DNA of 64,000 nt from Prevotella sp. Its GTDB lineage: Bacteria > Bacteroidota > Bacteroidia > Bacteroidales > Bacteroidaceae. The notes below the pieces were generated by a model. It had not been told where the DNA came from and did no database searches. It worked only from the letters and a program-made list of their open reading frames with translations. The position numbers were made by a program, and so were the translations under genes. Shown one piece after another: positions 17,136 through 25,900 of this stretch. The stretch's first letter is position 1. Each line of letters begins with the position of its first letter. The stretch spans positions 12,378 to 76,377 of the forward strand of contig JAFPYO010000025.1 of the NCBI GenBank assembly GCA_017412145.1, written 5' to 3'.

Positions 17136-18307
17136 TTTGTACCTCCTCTCTTGATTCGTTTCGAAATGCTCCGCTCGACAATGAAGTGGTCGATCATCGG
17201 GGCACACATATTTCCGAAGAAGATGGCGAGCATCATTCCCTCGGGATAGCCGCCATTCATCACGCGAATGATGATGGCGAGTGCTCCGATGAGGAAGCCG
17301 TAGATGTACTTACCTGTCTCGGTGCGGCACGACGTCACGGGGTCGGTCGCCATAAACACGGCACCGAAGGCGAAGCCGCCCAACATCAGGTGCCAGTGGA
17401 ACGGAAGCGGTGTCTTGCCCATCGAATGGAAAAGCAAAGCCATCAGTCCACCGCCGACGAAGACGCTCAACATCGTACGCCACGAGGCGATGCCTGTCCA
17501 AAGCAGCAGAATCGCGCCCAAAGCGATGGCGATGACGCTTGTTTCGCCAATCGAGCCCGGAATGAAGCCGAAAATCATATCGGCGATGCTGTAACTGGCC
17601 TCTCCCGTCGTTCCAAGGTGCTCAATGCTGGCGCTGGAAAGCGGCGTGGCAGCCGTGAAACCGTCGGGAAGCGTGTTGCCGAGGCCGAAAATCGAGTTTT
17701 GCGCCACCCAAATCGTGTCGCCCGTCATTTTCGAGGGATACGAGAAGAACAGGAACATTCGCGCTGCAATCGCAGGGTTAAAAATATTCATACCCGTTCC
17801 GCCAAAAATTTCCTTGCAGATTATCACCGAGAAGGCGCAAGCCAAAGCCAGCATCCACAGCGGACAGCCAATCGGCACAATCAGCGGAATCAAAATACCG
17901 CTGACGAGGTAGCCTTCCTGGATTTCCTCGCCTTTCCACTGCGCCCAGATGAACTCGATACCGAGTCCGACGATGTAACTGACGAGAATTTTGGGCAGAA
18001 CAGCCAAGAAACCGAAGCCGAAAATCTCCCAGAAACTCGCTGTTTCGAGTGTTCCGGCAAAGAGATAGTTCTGATAACCAACGTTATACATACCGAACAG
18101 CATCGCGGGCATCAGCGCAATGACCACCATCGACATAATGCGCTTCGAATCGATGGCATCGTGGATGTGGACACCGCTCTTGGCCGTCGTGTCGGGCACG
18201 AACAGGAAGGTCTCGAAGCCGTCGAAAACGCTGCGCAGAGCGTGCAGCCGACCGCCTTCCTCGAAGTTCGGTTTGATTTTATCCAAATAATTTCTTAATG
18301 CTTTCAT
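17132..18307 (-). CDS. nqrB: Na+-NQR subunit B
   Basis: 391-aa polytopic membrane protein, conserved position in operon. Confidence 0.9.
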   Translation of the reverse strand: MKALRNYLDKIKPNFEEGGRLHALRSVFDGFETFLFVPDTTAKSGVHIHDAIDSKRIMSMVVIALMPAMLFGMYNVGYQNYLFAGTLETASFWEIFGFGFLAVLPKILVSYIVGLGIEFIWAQWKGEEIQEGYLVSGILIPLIVPIGCPLWMLALACAFSVIICKEIFGGTGMNIFNPAIAARMFLFFSYPSKMTGDTIWVAQNSIFGLGNTLPDGFTAATPLSSASIEHLGTTGEASYSIADMIFGFIPGSIGETSVIAIALGAILLLWTGIASWRTMLSVFVGGGLMALLFHSMGKTPLPFHWHLMLGGFAFGAVFMATDPVTSCRTETGKYIYGFLIGALAIIIRVMNGGYPEGMMLAIFFGNMCAPMIDHFIVERSISKRIKRGGTK

Positions 18308-18314
18308 TTTTTAT

Positions 18315-18349
18315 TGAACATTGAATATTGAACATTGAACATTAAGCAT
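18315..18349. repeat. Five tandem TGAACAT-type heptamers at nqrA/nqrB junction
   Basis: tgaacat tgaatat tgaacat tgaacat taagcat; spans the nqrA stop codon and the spacer. Confidence 0.8.
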
Positions 18350-19691
18350 TCTCTTTTCTGAGTATATTCAGTCCCTCGCGCACGATTTTCTGCAATTCGA
18401 GTTTCGACGAATCGACGAACTCGGCCAGCGCGAAGTCTTCGGGGCTCACTTCGTAGATGCCCAACTGCTCCTGACGGTCGATGTCGCCTGCGATAATCGC
18501 CTTGATGAGATACTCGCCGTAGATGTCCATCGGCAACACGCGGTCGTATTCGCCACTCATGATGATATGGCGCTCGCCGCCCTTCACGCGGGCATCCAAA
18601 CGATACTTTTTCTTCGGGAAAAGCCATGAGAAGTAGCTGCGACTCGTCGAGAACTGGTCGAATCGCGGCAAAATCCAACCGAGCATCTCGGCTGCGTCGT
18701 CGCCTTCGGGAATCACGCTCACCACCGACGTGTGAGCGCCGAGATAGCCGTCCATCGTGTCGCGGCTGCCCGTCAGCGGATTTCCATTGATGATACGGAC
18801 ATTCTTGCCCTCGTCAATCTGGCCGTCGAGAATCGCCTTGAGCGGCGTTCCGACGAGTGCATCGACGTAGGCCGGCGTTTTCACTTCGCTGCCGGCAACG
18901 GCGACGGTGCGCGTCAAATCGACACGACCTTCGTTGAACAGCCGACCGAAGAAAATCACTGCCGTCGGCTCAACCATCCAAACGATTTCGCCCTTGTTCA
19001 CGGGGTCGAGGTGGTTCACCTGCACACCCACGTTGCCTGCCGGACACGGACCGTCGAACACGTTGACTTCGACATCTTTCGCATTCAGCAGCGCGTCGGC
19101 GGTCTGCTTTGCCCCCACACCGAGATAGGTCTTCGCCATCTTCGACAATGCCGTCAAGCCCGTCTGCCAATCGTTTTCCTGACCTGCCAGTTCAAACTCG
19201 AAGTCGCCGGCCAACGGCTTGTCGCGCAGTGCCGAGACGAAAATCGCCTTCGGCGTGTCCGACGGATTCGCCACCACAGCGTAGGGCAACTGGTTGATGT
19301 AGCCGAACAGTCCGGCCTCCAACAACGCATTCTTCACGTCCTCGCCCGAAAGCGAAGCCACGTCTTTCGTGCCGAACGCCGCAAACTCCTGTTGCTCGTC
19401 GGCCTTCACCTTCACGCAAAGCACCTTTCGACGCTCACCGCGCTCCACTGCCGTCACCACCCCACTCACGGGCGAAGCAAACTTCACCTCGGGGCAGTTT
19501 TTATCGACAAAAAGCGCCTCGCCAGCCTTGACACGGTCGTTTTCGCGCACGACAAGCTTCGGCGTGATGCCCGTGAAGTCGTCGGGAACGAGCGCAAACT
19601 CGCCGCTCTTCCTGATGCTCAACTTCCGCTTCTCGGCCTTGCCTTCCAACTGAATGTCCAAGCCTTTGCGTAACTTAATAACTTTTTTCAT
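18342..19691 (-). CDS. nqrA: Na+-NQR subunit A
   Basis: 449 aa, first gene of nqrABCDEF order. Confidence 0.9.
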   Translation of the reverse strand: MKKVIKLRKGLDIQLEGKAEKRKLSIRKSGEFALVPDDFTGITPKLVVRENDRVKAGEALFVDKNCPEVKFASPVSGVVTAVERGERRKVLCVKVKADEQQEFAAFGTKDVASLSGEDVKNALLEAGLFGYINQLPYAVVANPSDTPKAIFVSALRDKPLAGDFEFELAGQENDWQTGLTALSKMAKTYLGVGAKQTADALLNAKDVEVNVFDGPCPAGNVGVQVNHLDPVNKGEIVWMVEPTAVIFFGRLFNEGRVDLTRTVAVAGSEVKTPAYVDALVGTPLKAILDGQIDEGKNVRIINGNPLTGSRDTMDGYLGAHTSVVSVIPEGDDAAEMLGWILPRFDQFSTSRSYFSWLFPKKKYRLDARVKGGERHIIMSGEYDRVLPMDIYGEYLIKAIIAGDIDRQEQLGIYEVSPEDFALAEFVDSSKLELQKIVREGLNILRKENA

Positions 19692-19800
19692 AAGTCGATT
19701 TTGATATTGTTGATGTTTAATTTTCCGTCTTTTCGTGTTGATTTTTCCGTGTTTTTTGCTCCAAAATCCATTCGTTTTTCATGGATTTGGAAATCGATTG

Positions 19801-19808
19801 CAAAGGTA
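19801..19808 (-). promoter_or_regulatory. -7 box (TACCTTTG on minus strand) for nqr operon
   Basis: caaaggta on plus strand about 110 nt upstream of nqrA ATG. Confidence 0.45.
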
Positions 19809-19912
19809 ACAATTTTCCTTGAGAAAAGAGAAAAAAACATAAAAATTCTGACTTAATTCATTTTTCGCAAGCGAAACGTTAAGGAAACAAACCCCGAAGG
19901 GGTGATAAAAAT

Positions 19913-19948
19913 ACAGGCAGGGGTGAGCGAAGCTTCACCCCTGCCTGT
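19913..19948 (-). terminator. Strong hairpin downstream of LRR gene
   Basis: 14-bp perfect stem acaggcaggggtga / tcacccctgcctgt; on minus strand followed by ATTTTTAT. Confidence 0.5.
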
Positions 19949-19968
19949 AGTCTCGTCGTCCCTTCGGG

Positions 19969-20000
19969 ACTCACTCCACACTTCACACTCCTCACTTCAC
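19969..20000. repeat. GGAGTGTGAAGTG-family word tract (reverse strand), at 3' end of LRR gene
   Basis: actcactccacacttcacactcctcacttcac has no G; reverse complement shares ggagtgtgaagtg with 4820-4864. Confidence 0.8.
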
Positions 20001-21791
20001 GATTTTTCTTCTTTTATGGATATAAAGTCCCTTCTTCGTCGGCTCACCGCTCAACTTCACGCCATCAATGGAATAATAACTGTCATTTGTCATTTTTCCA
20101 TTGTCATTGAGCGAAGCGTCAATTCCTGTCGGAACTTCTCCTGTATATTCCTGCCAACCATTGGTAGTTTTGCAATACACCGTCCAGCCTTTTGCATTTG
20201 CCGCCTCTACGTGCTCCGCTGTGCAGACGTTCTGTTCGTTCTCGTCGGTGAAGTCCAAAGCATAGAGTGCGCCTTTTCGCGGATTGGTTTCCTCTGTGAG
20301 CATCAAACCTTTCGCCTCGTTTCCGCTCAGGTCGGGCAAGGCACCAATAAGCGAAGTCATAGCCTTGTCAGAAATCTGGTTTATCTGACAATAGATTGTT
20401 GTCAGAGCAGTGAAATATTCGATGCCAGAGAGGTCTGTGATTTTTCCGTCTGAAACATCAAGTTTTATCGTCGCAACAATGAGACCTTCGTTGATTTCAC
20501 TGCCCTCGGCAAGCCCTAATTCCTTTGCAATCGCATTGCGGAAGTTGTCATCGGGGAAGTTTTCTTCATCCAAAAGAATTGCCTCGTCGCTGCCCTCGTA
20601 TTCAACGTAGCCAATCCAGTTTATTCCATCATAATTATAATCATACACCGTCCAGCCCTTTTCTTTGGCAATTACCACCTGTGCCTTTGTGCAAACGTTT
20701 CCTTCGTTCGTGTCTTTCGTGTTAATGACATGGAATTCACCATTTTCCACCGTCGGCAGACTTCCTACGAGTGCATCCATCGCCTCGCCCTTGATTTGGT
20801 TGCCGTAGCACTCCAACCCTCTCAGCGCGGTGCATCCCGACACATTGAGTGAAGTCAGTTGGTTGCCGCTGCAGTACAACACACCCAGTGCGGTGCATCC
20901 CGACACGTCAAGCGAGGTCAGATGGTTGTCGTAGTAGACCAAATCTTCCAGCGCGGTGCATCCCGACGCGTCTAAAGAGGCCAGCCAGTTGCTGTGGCAG
21001 GACAACGATGTCAGCGCGGTACACCCCGACACGTCTAAAGAGGTCAGTTGGTTGTGGTGGCACTCCAACCGTGTCAGTGCGTTGCATCCGGACACATTGA
21101 GCGAGGTCAATTGGTTTTCGCGGCAGTCCAAATCTTCCAGCGCGGTGCATCCCGAAACATCGAGCGAGGACAGTTGGTTGCCGCTGCAGTACAACACACC
21201 CAGTGCGGTGTTCTTCGACACGTCTAAAGAGGACAGTTGGTTGCCGCTGCAGTACAAATCCCACAGCGCGGTATTTTTCGACACATCGAGCGAGGACAGT
21301 TGGTTGCCGCCGCAGTACAAATCCCACAGCGCGGTGTTCTTCGACACATCCAAAGAAGTCAGCTGGTTGCCGGAGCAGCTCAAACTTGTCAGCGCGGTGT
21401 TCTTCGACACATCAAGCGAGGTCAGCTGGTTGCCGCTGCAGTCCAAACGTGTCAGTTCGATAAGATGTTCAATACCTGTTAAGTCACTAACATTTTTGTT
21501 GTATAGATTCAAATAATTATAATCACCACCAAAAATGCTATAATTTCGTCCATCGCGGAAGTTACCTTTACTATCATAATAACCATTGTTGTAGAGTATA
21601 TCGCCCTCATGTAATTCTCTTATTAAGCGATATACTCCATACTCATCGTAACCGTATATGGAGACTTGTTCCATAAGTGCAGCACGAAAATTCGGGTCAG
21701 GAAAGTTCGTTTCGTCAAATATCACCTGCGCATTTGCAATCGTCACCATGGCCACGAGGGCAAAAAGTAGTGTAAAAAATCTTTTTTTCAT
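19992..21791 (-). CDS. Leucine-rich-repeat surface protein with T9SS C-terminal sorting domain
   Basis: Signal peptide; about 10.5 copies of 22-aa LRR (LTSLDVSKNTAL.DLYCSGNQ); C-terminus YYSIDGVKLSGEPTKKGLYIHKRRKIVK typical of Por/T9SS CTD. Confidence 0.8.
   Translation of the reverse strand: MKKRFFTLLFALVAMVTIANAQVIFDETNFPDPNFRAALMEQVSIYGYDEYGVYRLIRELHEGDILYNNGYYDSKGNFRDGRNYSIFGGDYNYLNLYNKNVSDLTGIEHLIELTRLDCSGNQLTSLDVSKNTALTSLSCSGNQLTSLDVSKNTALWDLYCGGNQLSSLDVSKNTALWDLYCSGNQLSSLDVSKNTALGVLYCSGNQLSSLDVSGCTALEDLDCRENQLTSLNVSGCNALTRLECHHNQLTSLDVSGCTALTSLSCHSNWLASLDASGCTALEDLVYYDNHLTSLDVSGCTALGVLYCSGNQLTSLNVSGCTALRGLECYGNQIKGEAMDALVGSLPTVENGEFHVINTKDTNEGNVCTKAQVVIAKEKGWTVYDYNYDGINWIGYVEYEGSDEAILLDEENFPDDNFRNAIAKELGLAEGSEINEGLIVATIKLDVSDGKITDLSGIEYFTALTTIYCQINQISDKAMTSLIGALPDLSGNEAKGLMLTEETNPRKGALYALDFTDENEQNVCTAEHVEAANAKGWTVYCKTTNGWQEYTGEVPTGIDASLNDNGKMTNDSYYSIDGVKLSGEPTKKGLYIHKRRKIVK
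20793..21485 (-). repeat. Tandem 66-bp coding repeats (LRR units)
   Basis: Residues about 103-333 of the LRR protein; several adjacent units nearly identical at DNA level. Confidence 0.85.
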
Positions 21792-22146
21792 AAAGTTTGT
21801 TGTTTAATAGTTATTGCATATTGTTTATTGTCTGTTGAGTCCAAAAACGGTTCGAGTGGAGACAATAAAAAAACGTGGACTCATTACTTCGTCTACGCTT
21901 CCTCCAGGTATCGCCAAACACCATGCAACCATATCCGAGTAAAAGCCCACGCCATTGCTGACGTGAGCATCCGAGCTTTTTACTCTTGGTCGCTTTCTTG
22001 ATATTTTTTGGCGAAATTCGGAGAAAGCAAGAACTAAAGCGGACGCTTCTTATCTATATGTCTTTTTGCTTTGTTTTATGTCATAGGCAATCTATTTAGT
22101 TGAGAATTGATAGTTGATAGTTGAGAATTATGATTGGTTGTTGATC

Positions 22147-22572
22147 TTATTCAAATACAATGTTTTGTTCGTTAAAAAATTCGCGAGGAGTCACAACAGC
22201 GCTGTCGCCGAAATCAAAGTCTTTCTTGTTGCGAGTGATGATGTAGTCGGCTTTTGCTTCGACGGCTGAAAGATATTGCATTTCATCCTCGAAATCGTCG
22301 CTGCGATGTTGCAAACAACGGTCGATGATGGTTGCTCCCATCGGTGTGATGGTCAGTAACGGGCGAATGCCGTCGAGCGCGTCATATATTTCTTGCAAGT
22401 CGTAATGCAGCCGCCTCAGAATATAAATCGTATTGATGATAGTGAGGTCTGACACCATCAGTTCTATTTCGCCGTTGTCTGCCAACTGAAACAGGGCGAT
22501 GGCATCTTCGGCAAACGGCTGGCGGGCAGCCAGAAAGTCGATGAGAATATTCGTGTCAATAAAAACTTTCAT
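22147..22572 (-). CDS. PIN-domain toxin (VapC-like) of type II TA pair
   Basis: MKVFIDTNILIDFL N-terminal acidic motif, 141 aa, later D/E residues (DFEDE, ITRNKKDF); 4-nt overlap with upstream small gene. Confidence 0.75.
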   Translation of the reverse strand: MKVFIDTNILIDFLAARQPFAEDAIALFQLADNGEIELMVSDLTIINTIYILRRLHYDLQEIYDALDGIRPLLTITPMGATIIDRCLQHRSDDFEDEMQYLSAVEAKADYIITRNKKDFDFGDSAVVTPREFFNEQNIVFE

Positions 22573-22829
22573 CCTTTGTTATATTTTTCCTCCAACGAGT
22601 CTGTTTTCAGGGCTTTGTAGTCGATGTTTGCCGGCACGGTGAATCGTCCTGACATACGGCGGATATGGCTGGAGATTTGAACTTTACGCGGAACTGCCGT
22701 ATGAACCTCACGACGATTTCTCACGTGCAACGCTAATCGGCGCACGTATTTCGAGACATATTCGAGTGTTTCTATTCCCAACACATTCAAATCTTCATTG
22801 ATGGAAGTCTTTAATTCGATGGCTGTCAT
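22569..22829 (-). CDS. Putative cognate antitoxin, no recognisable RHH/AbrB/Phd motif
   Basis: 86 aa from ATG 22829; overlaps PIN gene start (ATGA); basic C-terminal half. Confidence 0.5.
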   Translation of the reverse strand: MTAIELKTSINEDLNVLGIETLEYVSKYVRRLALHVRNRREVHTAVPRKVQISSHIRRMSGRFTVPANIDYKALKTDSLEEKYNKG

Positions 22830-22856
22830 TTTTTCTCCTTTTTTTATTCGTCGGTG

Positions 22857-22864
22857 CAAAGATA
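22857..22864 (-). promoter_or_regulatory. -7 box (TATCTTTG on minus strand) for TA pair
   Basis: caaagata on plus strand about 28 nt upstream of ATG 22829. Confidence 0.45.
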
Positions 22865-22925
22865 CGAATATTTTTTGAAAAAAGAAAAAATCCTTTTAAT
22901 TTTTGGTTTTTCGTTCACTTAATAG

Positions 22926-22933
22926 TATCTTTG
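22926..22933 (+). promoter_or_regulatory. -7 box (TATCTTTG) for tamB-like gene
   Basis: TATCTTTG upstream of candidate starts TTG 22942 / GTG 22951. Confidence 0.45.
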
Positions 22934-22950
22934 CAGACGATTTGAAAAAA

Positions 22951-25900
22951 GTGAGGAAAATCTCCAACATCGCGCTGTGGACGGTCATCGGACTGCTCAT
23001 CGCGGTGGTTGTACTGTTGCGCGTGCCGACGGTACAGCATTTTATTGGCTCGAAAACGGCGGACGCGCTGTCGGAAAAACTGGGCACGGAAGTGAGCGTG
23101 GGGCGCGTGGATTTGGGCTTTTTGAACCGAATCACCATCGACGACGTGAACATTCGCGACCAACAGGGCGAACCACTGCTGAAAGCGTCGCGACTGTCGG
23201 CAAAAATCGACTATCTGGCGCTGCTGAAAGGGAAAATCGTGGTGACGTCGGCGCAGTTGTTCGGCATGAACGCGAACCTCTACCAACAAACGGCGGACGC
23301 GCCACACAATTTCCAGTTCGCCCTCGACTCGCTGGCCTCGAAAGAGCCGTCGGACGACTCACCGCTCGACCTTTGCATCCACTCGCTCATCGTTCGACGC
23401 GGCAGCGTGGCGTACCACAAACGCTACGTGGCACCCGTTTCGGGCGAATTTTCACCTGCCCACATCGAGGTGAGCGACATCAGTGCACACGCGATTCTGA
23501 ACGCGCTCAAAGACGACTCGCTGAATGTGAACCTAAAAAAACTGACATTCAACGAAAAATCGGGCTTGCGCGTCAAGAATTTAAGCCTTAAAACCATTGC
23601 CAACCGCGAGGCGGCGCAACTCAGCGATTTCGCCTTGACGACAGCGGAAAGTGACGTGAAAATCAGCGAACTGAATGCCACCTATCAACATCGGAACGAC
23701 ACGCTCGACCTCGCTTCTCTTCAATTTAACGGAAAACTTGAACCATCGCGCATAACTCTCTGGGAATTAGAACCTTTTACACGTTTCGGACACGATATTC
23801 AAACACCATTTCTCGTAACTTCTTCGTTCAGTGGAACGGCCTCATCGGTCAAGGTGAACAGCCTCGACATTCGTTCTTCTGACAACCAATTTTTGTTCTC
23901 GGGAAACGGCTCTTTTTCGTCGAAATCGGGGCAGACGCAATGGCTTGCCGACGTCCATCGTTTGAACGCCAGCGAGCAGAGTGTCAAGACACTCACGAAA
24001 GGCATCGAACTGCCCGAGGAAGTGCATCGATTAGGAAATATTTCGTTTGAGGGAAAGGCTGGCGGAACGGCGCAAAACCTCACGGCGACAGGCTCGCTGC
24101 AGACCGACGCAGGCAACGCGAAGTTGAATTTCGTGAAAAACGGGCGGAATTTCAATGGAAATCTGGAAAGCGACGGCTTGAACCTGCAACGCATCCTCGA
24201 CAACGACGAACTCGGCGAACTGGCGACGCACATCGCCGTCGATGGGCAACTTCCAACGGGAACTTCGCCCCTCGCGCTCAAGGCGAAAGGCACGGTTTCG
24301 CGCTTCGATTTCAAGAATTATTCGTACAAAAACATCGAACTCGACGGCAACTTCCAAAACGGCATTTTCGATGGAAAAATCGACGTCGATGACCCCAACG
24401 CACAACTTTCTGCCGTGGGAAAAATCGCGACGAAGAATTTCGTGGCTGACCTCAACGCCAAGGTCCGCCAACTCAAGCCGTCGGCACTCCATCTGAGCGA
24501 CGATTGGGGCGACGCGAACTTCCAGTTCGACCTGTCGGCCAACATCGCCGGAAAACAACTTAACAACGCCGTCGGGGAGGTCAATATCGAGAATTTTGAA
24601 ATGGTGTCGAGCGACCGCCAATTTGCTTTCGACAGGCTGAATCTGAGTGCCACGAACACCCACGACGGCCACAATTTGAGCCTCGAGAGCGATTTTGCCG
24701 ATGTCAAGGTCGAAGGACAATACGACTACCAGACGCTCGCCCAAAGTTTCACGAACCTTGTGAGCAGTAAACTCCCGACCTTGCCCGGACTGCCGAAATA
24801 TAGCCCATCGACCCGCAACAATTTCCGCATCAGCGCAAACATCACCGACAGCGAATGGCTTGACGACCTCTTCGGAATTCCGCTCACACTGCGCCAACCG
24901 ATGCGCGTGGAGGGAATCATCGACGACCGCAACCACCAGCTCGACCTCGAAGCCCGTCTGCCCCACTTCATCTACAACGACAGCGAGTATCGCGATGCCA
25001 TTTTGAACATCACCACCCCCGACGACACACTGCGCACACACGCCGCCATCAGTCGTATTTCCGACAATGGAAACCAGTTGCGCCTGACACTCGAAGCCGA
25101 CGCCGCCGACAACCACCTCGTCACCGCGCTCCACTTCGAAAACGACGCCCTCCACACGATGAAAGGCGTGCTCAACGCCGACGCGCAATTCTTCCGAACA
25201 GCCGAGGGAAAAGATGCCGCACACGTCGATATCCACTCGTCAGACATCACGATTGGCAACACAGTGTGGACAGTCGAGCCGGGCACGATTGTCTATAGCA
25301 AAAACGACCTCACCATCGACCATTTGGCCATTTCCAACGACCGCCAGCACCTCATCATCGACGGTCGGGGCAGTGAAAATGCTGCCGATTCGCTCATCGC
25401 CGAGTTGCAAGACATCGATGTAGAGTACATTCTCGACCTGGTCGATTTCGATGCCGTGAAATTCAGCGGAAAGGCGACGGGAAAAGCCTTTGTCACCCAT
25501 CTTTTCGGAACACCCGAGGCCGCTGCGAAACTCGACGTGGCCGAATTCCGCTTTGAAGACGGACGAATGGGAACGCTCAGCGCAACCGCCCGACTCAACA
25601 ACGAGGCGAAGCAAATCGACATCAACGCCATCGCTAACGACACGATTGCCCCACAAGCGCCAAACGTCCTGCAAATGGGAATGTTCCCCGTGAATACGCT
25701 TGTCAACGGCTATGTTTCGCCACAGCGCAACGAACTCGAACTTTTTATCAGGCCGAACAAGGCTCGCGGCGAATTTCTCGAGAGTTTTTGCGGCAGTTTT
25801 ATGCGCGATGTCGATTTACAAGTGACTGGAAATCTGCGACTTTACGGTGCGCTCGACGACCTCAACCTCACGGGCGGAGTGGCTGCAAGCGGGTCGGTCG

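Noticed and set aside
19761-19790. A hairpin (aaatccat...atggattt) in the nqr leader as a riboswitch or attenuator
   Set aside because: It is a single 8-bp stem with a 9-nt loop, too small and featureless to support any regulatory call without transcript or conservation data.
20793-21485. A regularly spaced repeat array that could be mistaken for a CRISPR locus
   Set aside because: The period is 66 bp with no unique spacers. The array lies in one long ORF and translates into canonical 22-aa leucine-rich repeats.
21830-22060. Possible RNase P RNA, SRP RNA, tmRNA or a TPP/cobalamin riboswitch on the minus strand
   Set aside because: Only loose resemblance was found (CCTGGAGGAAGCG versus the SRP/RNase P cores). 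The diagnostic motifs (GAGGAAAGTCC, GGAAGCAGCC, CTGAGA, B12 box) are absent. The region is kept only as an unclassified structured region.
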